Origin: the human T2T-CHM13v2.0 reference genome, Homo sapiens
NCBI RefSeq assembly: GCF_009914755.1
Contig: NC_060927.1
Length of the DNA: 64,000 bases
Direction: 5' to 3' (one strand)
In this document: positions 27,629-41,571 of the stretch, piece by piece
Position numbering within the stretch: the stretch's first letter is position 1
Layout: each line of letters starts with the position of its first letter
Made by a program: the position numbers and the translations under genes
The notes under the pieces: generated by a model
The model's input: the letters and a program-made list of their open reading frames with translations, nothing else
Database searches by the model: none
What the model was told of the DNA's origin: nothing

Positions 27629-28599
27629 CTGAAACTCAACATATCAGAAACAGGCTAAGTATTTCCTAAACAGGCCTGTCACTTCTTTTCATAATTTTTC
27701 CGACTTTCCTCATTTCTGCTATTTGTGTGTAACTCAGAAATTGACTGGTTGCCCTCACACATGTTAATACTGTTTCCTCAAGCACATGTCGCAAGCTACC
27801 TTTGATCTGACATGCTCTCCATTGCCACAGCAACAGCCCACTGATGTTCTCCAACCTCCATGAACAAGTGATCCTAAATCATCTGATCCCAAATATCCAG
27901 GGATCCTCGTCATGACCCTTGAGAGTATCCGTGTCCAGAGAGAGGCCTGAGGTCCTCAGCTACCATCTCTTTGGTGCAGTTCCAGGAGCTATGCACAAGT
28001 AATGGGGAAAGGTACTGGCTTTGTCTTGTGTAAATCACACCATCTTTCACAGAAAGCATGGAGGCCCAGAACAAGGGACAGAAGGAGAAGAAAAGGATTG
28101 AATAAAGAAAATAAATTGGTTCATTGTTTGGGTTAGATTTCTGTATACCCATCTTCCCACTTGTTGGGAATTGGGAGTATGAGGATAAAGAAACTAACAC
28201 TTAAACACTACTTACTATATGCCAATCATTTTGTGTGTTATATTTCATTTAATCCCAGAATAAATCCATAAGATAGATATTATCATTATATTTTTTATAC
28301 TAATGAGGAAACTGAGGCCCAAAATGCTAGGCAACTGGTCTGAGGATCCACAGCCACTAAGGGGGAAAAGCTGGGTTTGCTGCTGGCAGGTCTCTTCCTC
28401 TGAGACTGAGCTCCTCTCATGAAGGGATGAGTGCCATTCTATTCTGTGCAAAATTTCCCTGACTTCTTAGCTTATTTGATCTGGAGAGACACGGTTGGGG
28501 GGGTATGCTGACTAGATGATAACTGGGTGTTGGGGTGACAATGAAAATTAGATACCAATATATACAAGACTTTTGAATACGTTAACGGAAACATTTTAT

Positions 28600-28742
28600 T
28601 TAATTATTTTAATGAATTTATTTTTAAGACTGGGTCTTGCTATGTTGTTCAGGCTGCCCTCAAACTCCTGGGCTCAAGCAATCCTCCTGCCTCAGCCTCC
28701 TGAGTAGCTGGGACTACAGGTGCATGCCACTGCACTTGGTTC
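28600..28742 (-). mobile_element. FLAM/AluJ monomer
   Basis: gggtcttgctatgttg...ctcaaactcctgggctcaagcaatcctcc. Confidence 0.85.
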
Positions 28743-30206
28743 AAGGGAGACCTTTTAAATCATCATAGAAATAAAGATGTTGGGCAAACTGATCAACTAT
28801 TTGGAAAAAAATTTACATCTGACACCATATATTGAATATATGTTGCCAAATGTAAAATAACAAAATCAAAACTTATGTGAGTTGATTTGTCTTATCTTAG
28901 GAAGAGCAAAGAATTTTAAGCATGAATGCAATGGCAGAAACCAAAAAGCTTTCTAGATTTAAAATCGAATTTTCTTTAAAATAAATAAAAAACCATAAGA
29001 AGTCCAAATAGCATAAGATGTGTGCACCTTGGAAAAAGGTTTTTTTTCTTACATAAAACAAAATTTTAAAGTAAAAAAATTTTTTTAAAGTTTTTTTGCA
29101 CTTATTCAGTGCACGTGATATGCCAGAAACAATGCCAGGAACCAGGAATTCAAAGATAAATAAGAAACAATCACTACATTTGAGCATCTCATATCTAGTA
29201 ATAAAAATAGTAATTTATATAATTGTTAGAACAATGCTAGAGTAGAAGATTGACAAGGGGCTGTGACAACCCAGGGTAGAGAAGTCTCAGACAACATGAT
29301 TCTTAGGAAGGGACATGAGATATTCCACAGGACCACCAATCCTCTTTTCGGCAAGTGGTCAAAAGTGGGCTACCATTTTTTCCTGTGTTCCACTCTCCAG
29401 TAGCATGAACTGAGACCAGGGATTCCAAACATAACCCTGTGAAGACCCCCTCTGGCTCGCTTACTCTCTCTAGATCACCCCACTTTATACCCTAGAGATT
29501 ACCTTGTCTGTGGTGGCACTATTTTGGTGGCACGGCTTTGATATTAAGGAAGATGATGGTCAGAAAAAGAAAGCAGAAAATATCTTCTAATTTTGAACCC
29601 TACTTTATGTCAGGCACTATGCTAGCACAATACACACTAGAACTCTCTAAGGTAGATATTGTATTATTATTTCTACTTAAAATAAAGAGGCTGAGGTCCA
29701 GAAAGTAAATCTGAGTTCTGTGCCTATTTAATCTAGATGACCTCTGCTTACCTGCTTGCAGGGAGTGCACATCAAAGGAAGACTCAAGGTGGCAGGAAGC
29801 TTGCTGTTTATTTCAAACTTAAAATAGTGGCTGAAAGAGGGTGGTGATTTTGACCTCCTTGTGGAGCATGAGGAGCTCAGGAGAGCATCTCCTTCCCGGG
29901 CTTTCAGAAAGTTGTTTCATTTCTTAGGTGGTAACCTATTATATAGACCTTCCTTGGTAAAGTCTTTCCACCTTTCAGCTATTCTCCATCAGCTGCTCAC
30001 CATGATTCTTGGGAGAAGGCAAAACCTATGGGAAATTTAATGTGGTATCTGGCACAGAGTAGGCACTGAAGGCTTGGCAGTTTCCTTACCCAACTACTTT
30101 CTACCCCAACTTAGTGTGCTAACTGTATACTAGCTTTCTTTTTCTCTTCCTTGCTGTATTGTCCTGTCCCATCTCCTCTGCTCTCCCACAGGGAGTCTAG
30201 ACTTAC

Positions 30207-30235
30207 CTGTTTTCTCTCAGCAGAGAATTTCCCAT
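30207..30235 (-). CDS. GCSAM: GCSAM (HGAL/GCET2) exon 1 coding part: MGNSLLREN(R)
   Basis: ATG at 30235-30233 and donor AG|GTAAGT. The MGNS start is myristoylation-type. Confidence 0.95.
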
Positions 30236-30600
30236 CCTCTCAGTCCTCTCAGGGCTTCCCCTCCGTCCCTTTACCACTTCCTTCTTGCCTTGTGCTCTGA
30301 CAGGGCAACTCCTGACTTAAAGAAAGGGCTGTGTGGCTCTGGCCACCCGTGCAGAGACAGCAGAAAGGAGAAGGGTGTCTCTGCAGAGGGAAGGAAGAGG
30401 CTGGGGGAGGAGTGTTAGAGGCACGCATGTGCAGAATGTCCTAACATGTCAGTGCCTGAACCAACCTGGCTGTTGGCCATAACCAGCAACTACCCGTCAA
30501 TGAGAGCTTCGAACCTCTGGGGAATCCCAGGTCTGAAATTACAGATGGGCCATGGGAGTTTTTCCACTACAGATATTTACGTTTATAAATCACGTTGTCT
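30236..30600 (-). promoter_or_regulatory. GCSAM 5'UTR and proximal promoter
   Basis: Unique sequence immediately upstream of the ATG. ETS core GGAAGT near 30276-30281 (- strand) and NF-kB consensus GGGGAATCCC at 30519-30528. TSS cannot be fixed from sequence. Confidence 0.55.
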
Positions 30601-30639
30601 TCTTAGAAAAGTCAGAAGGAGGTTAAAACAGTCAAGCCA

Positions 30640-32260
30640 CAGACCTGTAGAAAATATAGTATCAACAACTCTCAAATCTGAAAACAAACACCCAGTAACA
30701 AAATGGGCAAAATATTTGAACAGACATTTCACCAAAGGAACTATACAGATGAACATTAAAAGATGCTAAACATTGTAGTTATTAGGGAAGTGTAAATCAA
30801 ATCCACAATGGAACACTTTTACATACTTATTACAATGGCTATAAAACCCTGACAATATCAAGTATGGCAAGGTATGCAAAGCAACTGGAAGTCTCATGCA
30901 TTGCTGATGAGAATGCAAAATGACAGCCTTTTTGGAAAGAAGTGATAAGGACAGAAGGCAGGGCTTTACTGGGTAGAAGAGGGTGGTTCACTGGCAAAGG
31001 TCCCACCCTCAAGCCTTGAAACCGAAGCCCTAAATGAGAACAGTTATCCCTGTTATCCTGCCCAAATGTTACTCTTTAGCCTGTCCAGCCCCCCTATCCC
31101 GTGCCCATATAAACCCCAGACCTCAGCTGGCAGACAGACAAGCGGCTGAACATCAAGAGGAGAAGAAGCAACTGAGTGTCAGAGATGTGGCTTAACTTCA
31201 GGTGGCATGACTTCAGGGAGGAGCCCGGCCAGAGACAGCAGGCTTCAGGGAAAGGTCACTTTCTTCCTGCACCATCCCCTTTGCAGCTCCCCTTCCACTG
31301 AGAGCCACTTCCACCATTTAATAAAATCGTCCACATCCATCAACTTTCAAACCATTCATGCAACCTGATTCTTCCTGGATGCTGAACAAGAACCTGGGTA
31401 CCAACAGGGCAGGGTGTAAAAGGCTGCCACCCTGACTCTCCATTGAGTGGGTTAACACTTAGCTGTCCACGGATGGCAACTGCTAAAAGAGCATGAATTG
31501 TAACACATCCCTAAATGCTGCTGTTGGGCTGGAGCCCAAAAGTGCTCATCGAAGCCCTGGCACCCGCTTGCCTGCGTGCTCCCGCTCCCACAGAGAGTTT
31601 GAGCATGGTGGTGGCCAAGTAAGTAGGCCACACCCCTGTCGCAAGTCCCGAGAAGGGGTCAAGGGAACTCTCCCATCTCAGAAGTATGGCAATTTCTTAT
31701 AAAATTGAACATAGGGTTACTGTACAACCTGGCAATTTCACTCCTAGGCATTTAGCCAAGTGAAACTTATGTCCTCTAAGACTGTGTGTACAAATTTTTA
31801 TATGTGCTTTACTCATAATAGCCGAAATACCCTGGAAATAGCCCAACTGATCTTCATTGAGTGAATTGCTAAATAAGCTCTGTGTTATATTACATCCACA
31901 CAACAGAATCCTGACCATCATTGAAAAGGAGTGGACTATTAATACATGCAATAACTTGGATCAATCTCAAATGCATTACACTAAGTGAAAGAGACCAGAC
32001 TTAAAGCCTACCTTCTGTGACATTAGAGATAAGGTGAAACCACAGGAACAGAAAACATATTAGTGTTGCCAGGAGCAAAAGGTGGGGGAGGTGTTGACTT
32101 TCAAAGCACAGGAGGAAATTTTTTGTTGTTGTTCTTTATCTTGATTGTGTTAGTGCCCACATGACTGTATGCATTTCTCATAATTCACAGAACTGTATAC
32201 TAATAAGGGTGCACTTCACTGCACATAAATGAATCTCAACAGACAAAAGGTTAAAAAAGA
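30640..32260 (+). mobile_element. Ancient L1M 3' region, split by LTR1
   Basis: aaatgggcaaaatatttgaacagacatttcaccaaag...; the L1 sequence resumes after 31684. Confidence 0.75.
30943..31680 (+). mobile_element. LTR1-family (ERV1) solo LTR, 738 bp, TSD GAAG
   Basis: TG...CA ends and GAAG on both sides. tactgggtagaagaggg...ccctaaatgagaacag signature. Confidence 0.85.
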
Positions 32261-32746
32261 AAGAAATCTCGGGACAGGAATCATGGATTTTTGTATTATC
32301 CTTGTATTTGATGGTTGTTTCCAGTTTGGTCACTCATCTGTTTGTTCATTCCTTTAACAAGTATGTGTCGAGTGCCTACTATGTGCTGGGCACTGTAGGT
32401 TCAATGGTAAGAAAAGCAGATACAGGACTGCTCTTGTGAAGTTCCTTGAAAGAAATAAAACAAAGTGCAAAATATTTTATTGCTTGTCCTTGAGTAATGT
32501 AAAGGTCATATCTAAAACAGGCAGGAGAAGGATGGGGAGTGGGCTTAGAAGAAACAATTTCAGAGAAACTAGGGTACTAGCTGTGCAACCCCAGATTCAT
32601 CTCACATCATTCTTATCCTTATGGCTGCTCTCCAAACTTCCTTTTGGCTCTGTGAGGGATTTCCAGGAGCACCTTATTAAAAATGGAAGATTTTATTATA
32701 AAAGATAAGCCATTATTGATCATTCACTTTTCTAAAAAAACACAAA

Positions 32747-33557
32747 TGTGAGAATAAAATAAAAACACACAAGACTCACTAGCCCCTGCAAGACAGAAAG
32801 CAGCCCTGGACAGAGAGCCTCCTTATTATATACCTAATGCCTGAACTCACACATTCTAGGGTTTCATGTTTTGTTACCTCTTGCAAAGGATAGGAAACTG
32901 GCTAGAAAATTCATGTAAAGGAAGGTCACAACTTTAAAGCTATCTGACGCTAATGACTTGTATAATCTAGTTTGCAGCTCTGAGAGACAATATCAAATAA
33001 GCATTGTCAAATACTACTCCCACCTAACCTTTGCTGTCATTGTTCTTTGAAATTATCTTTGGGATTGGTTATGTTCTCTCACTGTAGCTTTCGTTTATCT
33101 CAGAGCACACACCCTAATGTCCATGTGCAGTCTCCATGCTCAAGTATTCCAGAATACAATTTTCTGGAGTCTAACTTCAGTTGACACCTGACTCCAAATT
33201 GCAAATCTACCTCCAACCAAAAAGAAATGAGAAATTAGTTTTTAAGGGCAATTAGCAAATATATTACAAAAATAATTTCAGATAAACGCTATGTGACAAA
33301 TGGTGCTGTCAAGTCCTCTTATGTGAATACTAGTCATTGTTTGTCTTGAGAAAATGTGTGCAGTGGAGGATATCTTCTTGGCATATAAAAGGGGAAGATT
33401 TCTTTCTGTTTTAGTAATCTCTTTAGGGGATTGCCTGTGGTGTGCATTACATTCTGGTTGAATATTCAGAAATAAAAGTGTTTTCTTTCTCTTCTATTTT
33501 TGTGGTGAGGTTTTCTGAAATAGCAGGAGATTTTGCTTTTAATTCTATTTCCCCAAT
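32747..33557 (+). mobile_element. Ancient LTR (MER89/MER90-like; family uncertain)
   Basis: Starts tgtgagaataaaat. Internal TATA (catataaaa) and AATAAA near the end. Confidence 0.4.
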
Positions 33558-36500
33558 AGTAGCTCCATTAATTTTTTTCATGAATCCCTCATGTAATTGA
33601 CTCTAGGAAAGATGTTAGGGTGGTAAATTTTCTTATTCTGTAAATATTTGAAATTCAGGAAAACCCTCCCATCAATAAATTAAATGAAGCATTGAAGTAA
33701 AAAAGAATATTCTTAACAAAGCTTATATTGAAAATCAGGTTTCCACAGCATATAGATCTAAGAAACCTGGGGGTACCCTTGTCTGTTTCTCCTATTCTCC
33801 TCTTTCAAAACCATTTCCTTTCCCAGGCTGGATAATTACAATAAAAAATAGAGTATGTGTTCCAAATTATTGAATGCTTCTTCCTTGTGTATGGAAAATC
33901 TGGGATGACAACCAGTGGTCTGCCATTTTGTGTACGAGAAAAAGAGGTATGTATGTGTGGGAGTCGGAAGGAATCTTGGTATACTATTATAACTAACCTC
34001 TCTCTTCCCTATTACCTTCAGAAAAAAAGAAAAACAATCAATCTAACCTAAAAGTGCCCCTTCCTCAGTGGCCTCAGCACATTTTGCACTACCTAGAGGC
34101 TAGCAGCAGGGGACCAGAATGTCTTAGCATTGTGAAAGAGAGACCACATGGACAGGGTGCTTAGCCAGTGAGTAGGGCTATTGTTGACTTCCCACCAGTA
34201 TGAATGAACAGATCCTAGACCCTAGTTGGGGCAGCCTGAGCAGACACAGCCTGGATGCTGCTCCATGTGTGGCTTAATTAGTTCCACTATTGTCTAAAAG
34301 AGTCTTTGAGTCCAGAGAGCCATGGTAGGGTGAGTTGGAAATCAATCTGCCCATTGTAATTTAGGGGAAGGTTAGGAATTGCTTTCAAGCTTCTGTTTTA
34401 CTCAGGCCGCTAGATGGAGAAGCTGAGCTGTGGAAGTGTTAGCTATCAATCACTTGTGTAAAGTAGCATGAAAGAGCAGGATATTTATAATAGATTTACT
34501 GCTGTAAAACTGACTCTGGACTATAAATAATATATCTCCTCTCCGTAAATGAGTAGAGCAACACACCCCCACACAAAGAAGCCCAGATAACAAATCTTTG
34601 AATCATAGATTCACTCTTTATTCTTCTCAGTGTTTAACTCCAGTGCCTAACACGTGTAAGAAACTACATTTCTAACACATGTAAGAAACCGTATGTGTTG
34701 AATTGGAAATAAAAGCCTGGATATTTGTAAGCAGATGATAGGGAAATCAGAGAACGTTTGGGTTGAGATCTTTAAATTTACTTTCCTATCCTTTGGCATT
34801 GCTGTAAAGAATTAATGACCAATGACTGTTTTGCTATATCCTTTGAAGATCATAGAAAAGTATAATTACAATAAGTATTTGTTGAGAGCTTTCTAATAAT
34901 CCAGTAATTCTGTTAAATGCTTTAGATACAATTTCTAATTTCTTCATGTAAGAATTCTGTGGAATAAATACCATTTCCTCTTTGTTGTAGATGAGAACAC
35001 CAGGCTCAAGTGACTTGCTCAAGGATATCCCAATAGGAAGTGACAGAGCTAAGATATAAGTTCAAACGGGGTGTGGATATATCTATTTGTTGTCCTATTT
35101 AATAAGTACTCATAGAAAGACGTCTTAGCTTGACTTTGAAACCTGGTCTACATCACTCCAATGTGTCAATAAGGAGCAGTATATTTGCATGTAGTGTGTC
35201 AAGGCTTCCCAGTTCTTACGCAGTTTTCACAATCTGGGCTGGCCTCAGCACAAGGCACGTTAGAGACCTTTAGGGTAAGAGTGAGTGATAAGAGTGATTC
35301 TAGATACTCCTGCAGTTTCAAAGGCCTAGATGGGATAATTCTAGCCCTAGCCCTAGCCCAAGCCCAGTCACTTTCTGGCAATGGTGAAATGAGGGAAGGG
35401 AATTAGGAGAACTAATTATACAGAAAGAAAATTATTTTGGGGCATTTTATTTTGGGAAAAGAAGTGGTTTATTTAAGATTTCTTACAGAACCAGGAGTCA
35501 AATAGCTTAGTTAAGACTTCCCTATTCTGCTTCCCTTTAAAAGAGGGCAAAGGCTGCATGGTGAGAGAGTACTGAGGAATCTTCCTGAATAGAACTTTCT
35601 ACCTATATACTTTGTGATACAGAATATGAGCTGATTAGTGGTCCTAGCTAATGTCAGATAGTTGTGTGTTTGAAAACTGTAACTATTAATTGCTGCTATT
35701 CCATATAAAAAATATTTTGTTTTAAAGAGGAGATAACAGAGTTTCAGTAACTCTCTAGGTGAACGTTGGGGTTAGACTTTTGCTTTGTGGTGAAGAGATT
35801 TCAGCACATAGCTCCATTGGCTTTGCAGGAGCCATGGTAATCCAGAGATGATTGCCTAGAAACAGAATGGGAACTTTTTCAGTTCACTGGGAATGCTCTC
35901 CTAGCTGTAACCACCAGGAGGGTGGGACAGCACTTCTCTGAGAATAAATGACCCTTGGGAAGAATGTTTCTTCATTTGCAAAGTTTCCTGTTTTTCATTA
36001 GTAAAACTAATATAGAACATGGAAGATAAGTCAAATATCTGCAGAAAAAGTACAAACCAGGTTTAAGCATTATAAAAGTTAAAGAATAAAGCTAAATTAC
36101 AAAAATATTCAAGGGTCAACAGACCAAGGAAAGCCTTTTATATAAAAATTTTAAAAGCAGACAATATTCTGGGCATTGTAAGCAAATAAACAGCTTTCCT
36201 CTGAAGAGCCAAATGAAAGTGAGCTCTAAGAACCTTCCTCAGCCAAAGTCTGTACATTACATTCTTTCAGGTAAAAACAGAGCCCTAGGCACACAACCCA
36301 CCATGCCCTGAAGATGAGGCTGGTTATATACATCATGCATGGTACCAGGATTTTATATTCCAGTGTCTTGTGTAGTGGCCTTTTCCCACAGGGAGATGTT
36401 TACAATCCAGTACACAAACCTAGTCCATGACATTGACAATAACTAATATAATGGAGTGTATGCAATACTTCTTCAATGGCTTAAATTTCCATGATAAAAT

Positions 36501-36718
36501 CTAAATAACTTAAAAAGCATTACACTGATTGTGCTTGGAGGATTTAAATCCATGTCATCATGCCTAGCTGTGTGACTTTGAGCAATTTATTTGTGTGCTC
36601 TAAGCCCCATTACTTCCTTGGCAAAATGGGACTAATGATGGTAAGTACCTCCCAAAATTCATATGATGACTGCATAAGCTAATGAGGGAAAAGCACTCAG
36701 AATAGCGTATCAGAAGAC

Positions 36719-36763
36719 ACATTAGGCTCTCTGTAAGTAACATTAGGCTCTCTGTAAGTAACA
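36719..36763. repeat. Perfect 21-bp tandem duplication ACATTAGGCTCTCTGTAAGTA
   Basis: Read directly. Confidence 0.95.
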
Positions 36764-37474
36764 GCTACTGTTGGTGGAGAACACTTCTTCCCTCTCTAGG
36801 TCCTTGCTCTAGATCAAGGGCTGAAATCTCCATTGCCTTTATATTGCTGCCCATCTTCATTTTCTCATTTGTTCTACTGAAGTGCGGTGGTTTATTTGGT
36901 TGATGTATTTGGAAGTAGAGCCTGGACATTCTGTGTTAATCCCCTTCTTCTTGATACTTTTTGGAGTAAATTTACTCTTAGAAATCTTGCATTTTCTACT
37001 GTTCTCAGCTATGCATTAAGCTTAATGACAAATGCCTACAGCAGTCAATCTTTTCAGTTCTAGGGAAAAGAAGGCAACCACCTTATCTAATGTCAGCTCC
37101 ATCAGTAATAATGGTGAGCTTGTGAATGTTTTAATCTCTATCTGCTTTAACCCTTTATCATAATTTTCAGTTGGTTCAGAACTCAGGAGAGGAGGGGTAC
37201 TCATTAATGGGGTTCCTTAAACACTTAACAGCTGTCAGGTAATTATCACTGGGAAAAAACTGGTTAAGGTTAGTTTTGGAGAGAAGTGGTAGCAGTTTGA
37301 TTTGACTTTGTCAACAGAAACAAACCAAGTTGTCTTTTCCACAAGGACACTTTTGTGACAGGAGTTGCCATACTTGGCTTCTAAAATGTGCCCACCACCA
37401 GTTATTTGGCATAGCATTCAGATTTCTAGACCCCCAGGTGGAAGTCTGACTCTGAAGACTTATCTTTAAATATA

Positions 37475-37553
37475 TTTTTTTTTTTTGGAGATGGAGTCTT
37501 GCTCTTTCACCCGGGCCAGACTGCAGTGGTGCTATCTCAGCTCACTGCAAGCT
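37475..37553 (-). mobile_element. Severely 5'-truncated AluY-type element
   Basis: T tail, then gagatggagtcttgctctttcacccgggccagactgcagtggtgctatctcagctcactgcaagct. Confidence 0.85.
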
Positions 37554-38014
37554 AAATTTTTATTAATTCTTCAGATATCTATTTAGGGCTTACCATATTA
37601 GGGGGATATGTGTTATAACTTGTTTTCAAATCTCTGCTCTGCCTCTTCCTAGTTGTAAGATTTTCAGTTTACTCATTCATAAATTGGGAATAATTGTACT
37701 TACCTTATATGATTGTTACAAAATGAGTTCATCATAACTGTATGGCATGTGTTGTATGCCTAACATACAGAAAGCATGCACTAATTCTTCACTGTTAAGA
37801 CTATTATCTAAAATTACATACTAGGCATTGTGCTTGTTGCTGTGAGTATAATGGTGAATAAAGTGATTACTGAAAGTTTCACTCAGGGCTAAGTTGCCTG
37901 ATTCAGTCTGAATCAGTTTTCATTCCTCACTATTATAATTCTCTGAGAGCTACCGAGATGAGTGAAGTACAATGAGTGACAAAAATCAATACTTGGATCA
38001 AGAACAGCATTTAA

Positions 38015-38383
38015 ACTATATTTTAATACATTTTATTTTTCATAAAGTGAACCAAACCATTATTGCTGTAAGAGCAATATGCAAAATATCTAGATGGCTA
38101 TAAACTTATTTTCTGGCTTTAAGACTAAAATTTACTCTAAGATTTTCTAAAATGTTTTGTATATTTAAAATAACAAATATTTTAAATCAAGGAAATTTTG
38201 CAAAAAGTATATATGTTGAACTGCTGGTTTCAAGGTCCAAATTTCTTTTCTGCTTAGCACCAAGATCATCCACACAGGATCCAACCTGAAGTTACTCCTT
38301 CTTGATGTAGGGAAGTGTGTTTCTGCAGCAGGAGGCCTCTCATAGCCACAGCATTAATACATGCTTCGGTCTTCTTAACAGTC
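38015..38383 (-). other. SLC9C1: SLC9C1 3'UTR, with AATAAA at 38037-38032
   Basis: Follows the TAA. Canonical poly(A) signal ~350 nt downstream. Confidence 0.7.
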
Positions 38384-38393
38384 TTACTCTTTC
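38384..38393 (-). CDS. SLC9C1: SLC9C1 terminal exon coding part: (R)KE*
   Basis: Acceptor cttctattag|G AAA GAG TAA completes ...LRKVRKE*. Confidence 0.85.
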
Positions 38394-41171
38394 CTAATAG
38401 AAGCGGAAAGAAAAAACAAAAACATAGAGGGCTTTTGAATCTTTCAATATTGACTTACAACCCAGAATAGGATGTACTAGAGGGTCAATTTGACTCCCAT
38501 AAGACACACTTGGTCATTTTTGTTAAGGCCAAGGAAGGAAATTGAGCAAGTGAGTGTGAATCCCTTGTCACTCATAGAGTGGTGGCAGAATGATTTAACC
38601 TAGGAGTCAGAGTCTGAGAAGCCACTGAAGCGTGCTAAAATGAACAGGCATAGTTTATGGATTGTCAGGAGGAGGATTGTCCATTGTGAGAAGCATTGAC
38701 TTAATCCATTACCACTCATTGAGCTTCAGTTCTGACTATAAAAACCCCCTTCATCAAACCAGTATTGCTGAACGTAAAGGGTGTTAAGAAGAAATAAATA
38801 ACTTTCACATCATTTATATTTCAATAATGTTTAATAGTTTCATAATCATGCTTTTTATTATAAAATCAATAGAACTGCATAAAATAAGAGAAGTGATCAA
38901 AACCACTCCTATTCTCATCCTTCTAATTCCATAATTAAATAACTTGTATTGATCTTTTCTAGACCCTTTTCATGTTGAAAGATGTATATATATTGTATGT
39001 TGCATATTTTGCCTTCCTCTTCATATTTTACATTGATCTATACAACCAACCCTTTTAATGGTTGCACAATATTTCCTCATATGGATGTTCTGTAGACAAT
39101 CTCGTTGTTAGACACTTGGGCTCTTTCGTCATTAGAAGTAGTAGTGCCTTGGACGTTTTGTACACATTTACTGTAAGAATAATTTACTTTGGATTAATCC
39201 CTAGAAGCATAATCACTAATTCAAAGTGTGTGAGCATTCTTATAACTTTGTTACAAGTTGTTTTTACTCTTCTACCAGCAAAATATGAGAAAACCAATAT
39301 CCCTCAGTTTTCATCTATTTCCTCTTCTGTTTCAAAGGAAATAGATGTTACCAATGAATAAAAAAGTTGTCAATTAAAAAAGCAAATGTTAATAATTTTT
39401 TTTAAATTCTGCATTTCTTAGATTACTATTTTCTCCATTGTTAGGTATTGTCTTTTACTTGAATTGCTTATTCATAAGTTTGCCTGTTGAAATTACAGTG
39501 TTTTCCTAATCATGTTGTACACATTAGTCCAAAGTAAAGATATTGATCTTATTGTAAGCAATTAATTCTTTTTTTGGACCATTCTTGAACTGCTTTTATT
39601 ATTATAGGATTATATAAGAAACTGCTGACTTGGGTGTCCTCCTGCCAAGAAGATTATCAATCTCCAGCACCTCCTTGTATTTCCTTCTGCTTTCTATGAC
39701 AGTATTACTTTTTTGAGGTAAAAGAGATCAATGCATTAAACATTACCTAAATCATTCTGACTTAAATTCAATATACAAAAAAGAGAATATCTTCTGATAA
39801 TATATGAAAGTATTCTTTGGGCAATAATAAAAAAAAATCCTTTTCTTTCCAATTTTTATTTTAGATTCCAGGGATACATGTGCAAGTTTGTTACCTGGGT
39901 ATATTGCGTGATGCTGGGCTTAGGATTCAAATGATTCCATCACCCAGGTACTGAGCATAGTACCCAGTAGTTAGTTTTTCAACCCTTGACCCCTCCCTCC
40001 CTGCCCTCTGTAGAAATCCCCAGGGTCTAATGTTGCCATCTTTATATCCATGAGTACCCAATGTTTAGTTCCCACTTACAGGTGAGAACATGCAATATTT
40101 GGTTTTCTTTTCTTGTGTTAATTTGCTTAGGATAATGGGTTTCAGCTGCATCCATATTGCTGCAAAGGACAGGATTTGGGTCTTTTTTATGGCTGTATAG
40201 TATTTCATGGCATATATGTACCACATTTTCTTTATTCAACCCACCACTGATGAGCACCTAGGTTGATTCCATGTCTTTGCTATTTATTGTAAGTGGTGCT
40301 ACGATGAACATGCAAGTGCATGTGTCTTTTTGGTAGAATAATTTGTGTATATATATATATATATCTCCAGTAATGCCATTGCTGCATCAAATGGTAGTTC
40401 TGTTTTAAGTTCTTTGAGAAATCTCCAAACTACTGTTCATAGTGGCTGAACTAGTTTACATTCCCACCAACAGTGTATACATGTTTCCTTTTCTCTGCAG
40501 CTTCATCATATCTGTTGTTTTTGTCTTTTTAGTAAGAGTCATTCTGAATGGTGTGAGGTAGTATCTCATTGTGGTTTTGATTTGCATTTCTCTAATGATT
40601 AGTCATGATGAGCACTTTTTCATGTTTGCTGGCTGCTTGTACGTCTTCATTTGAGAAGTGTCTGTCTATGTCTTTCATGCATTTTTAATGGGGTTGTTTT
40701 TTGCTTGTTCAATTGTTTAAGTTCTTTATGGATTCTGGAAATTAGGCCTTTGTTGGATGCACAGTTTGGGAATATTTTCTCCCATACTGTAGGTTGTCTG
40801 TTTATTCTATTGATAGTTTCTTCTGCTGTGCAGAAGCTCTTTAGTTTAATTAGGTCCTACTTGTCAGTTTCTGTTTTTGTTGCAATTGCTTTTGAAGACT
40901 TAGTCATAAATTATTTGCCAAGGCCAGTGTCGAGAATAGTGTTTCCTAGGTTTTCATCTAGGATTCTTATGGTTTGAGGTCTTACATTTAAATCTTTAAT
41001 CTGTCTTGAGTGAATTTTTGTATATGGTGAAAGGTAGGGGAAAGAATGAAATAGTTTCAGTTTCATTCTTCTGTATATGGCTAGCCAGTTATCCTAGTAC
41101 CAGTTATTGAATAGGGAGTCCTTTCCCCATTGCTTGTATTGTCAACTTTGTTGAAGATTAGATGGTTGTAA

Positions 41172-41571
<400 letters not shown>

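Noticed and set aside
35340-35368. (CTAGCC)n resembling a telomere-like repeat
   Set aside because: Only 3-4 units and not TTAGGG; an ordinary short tandem repeat.
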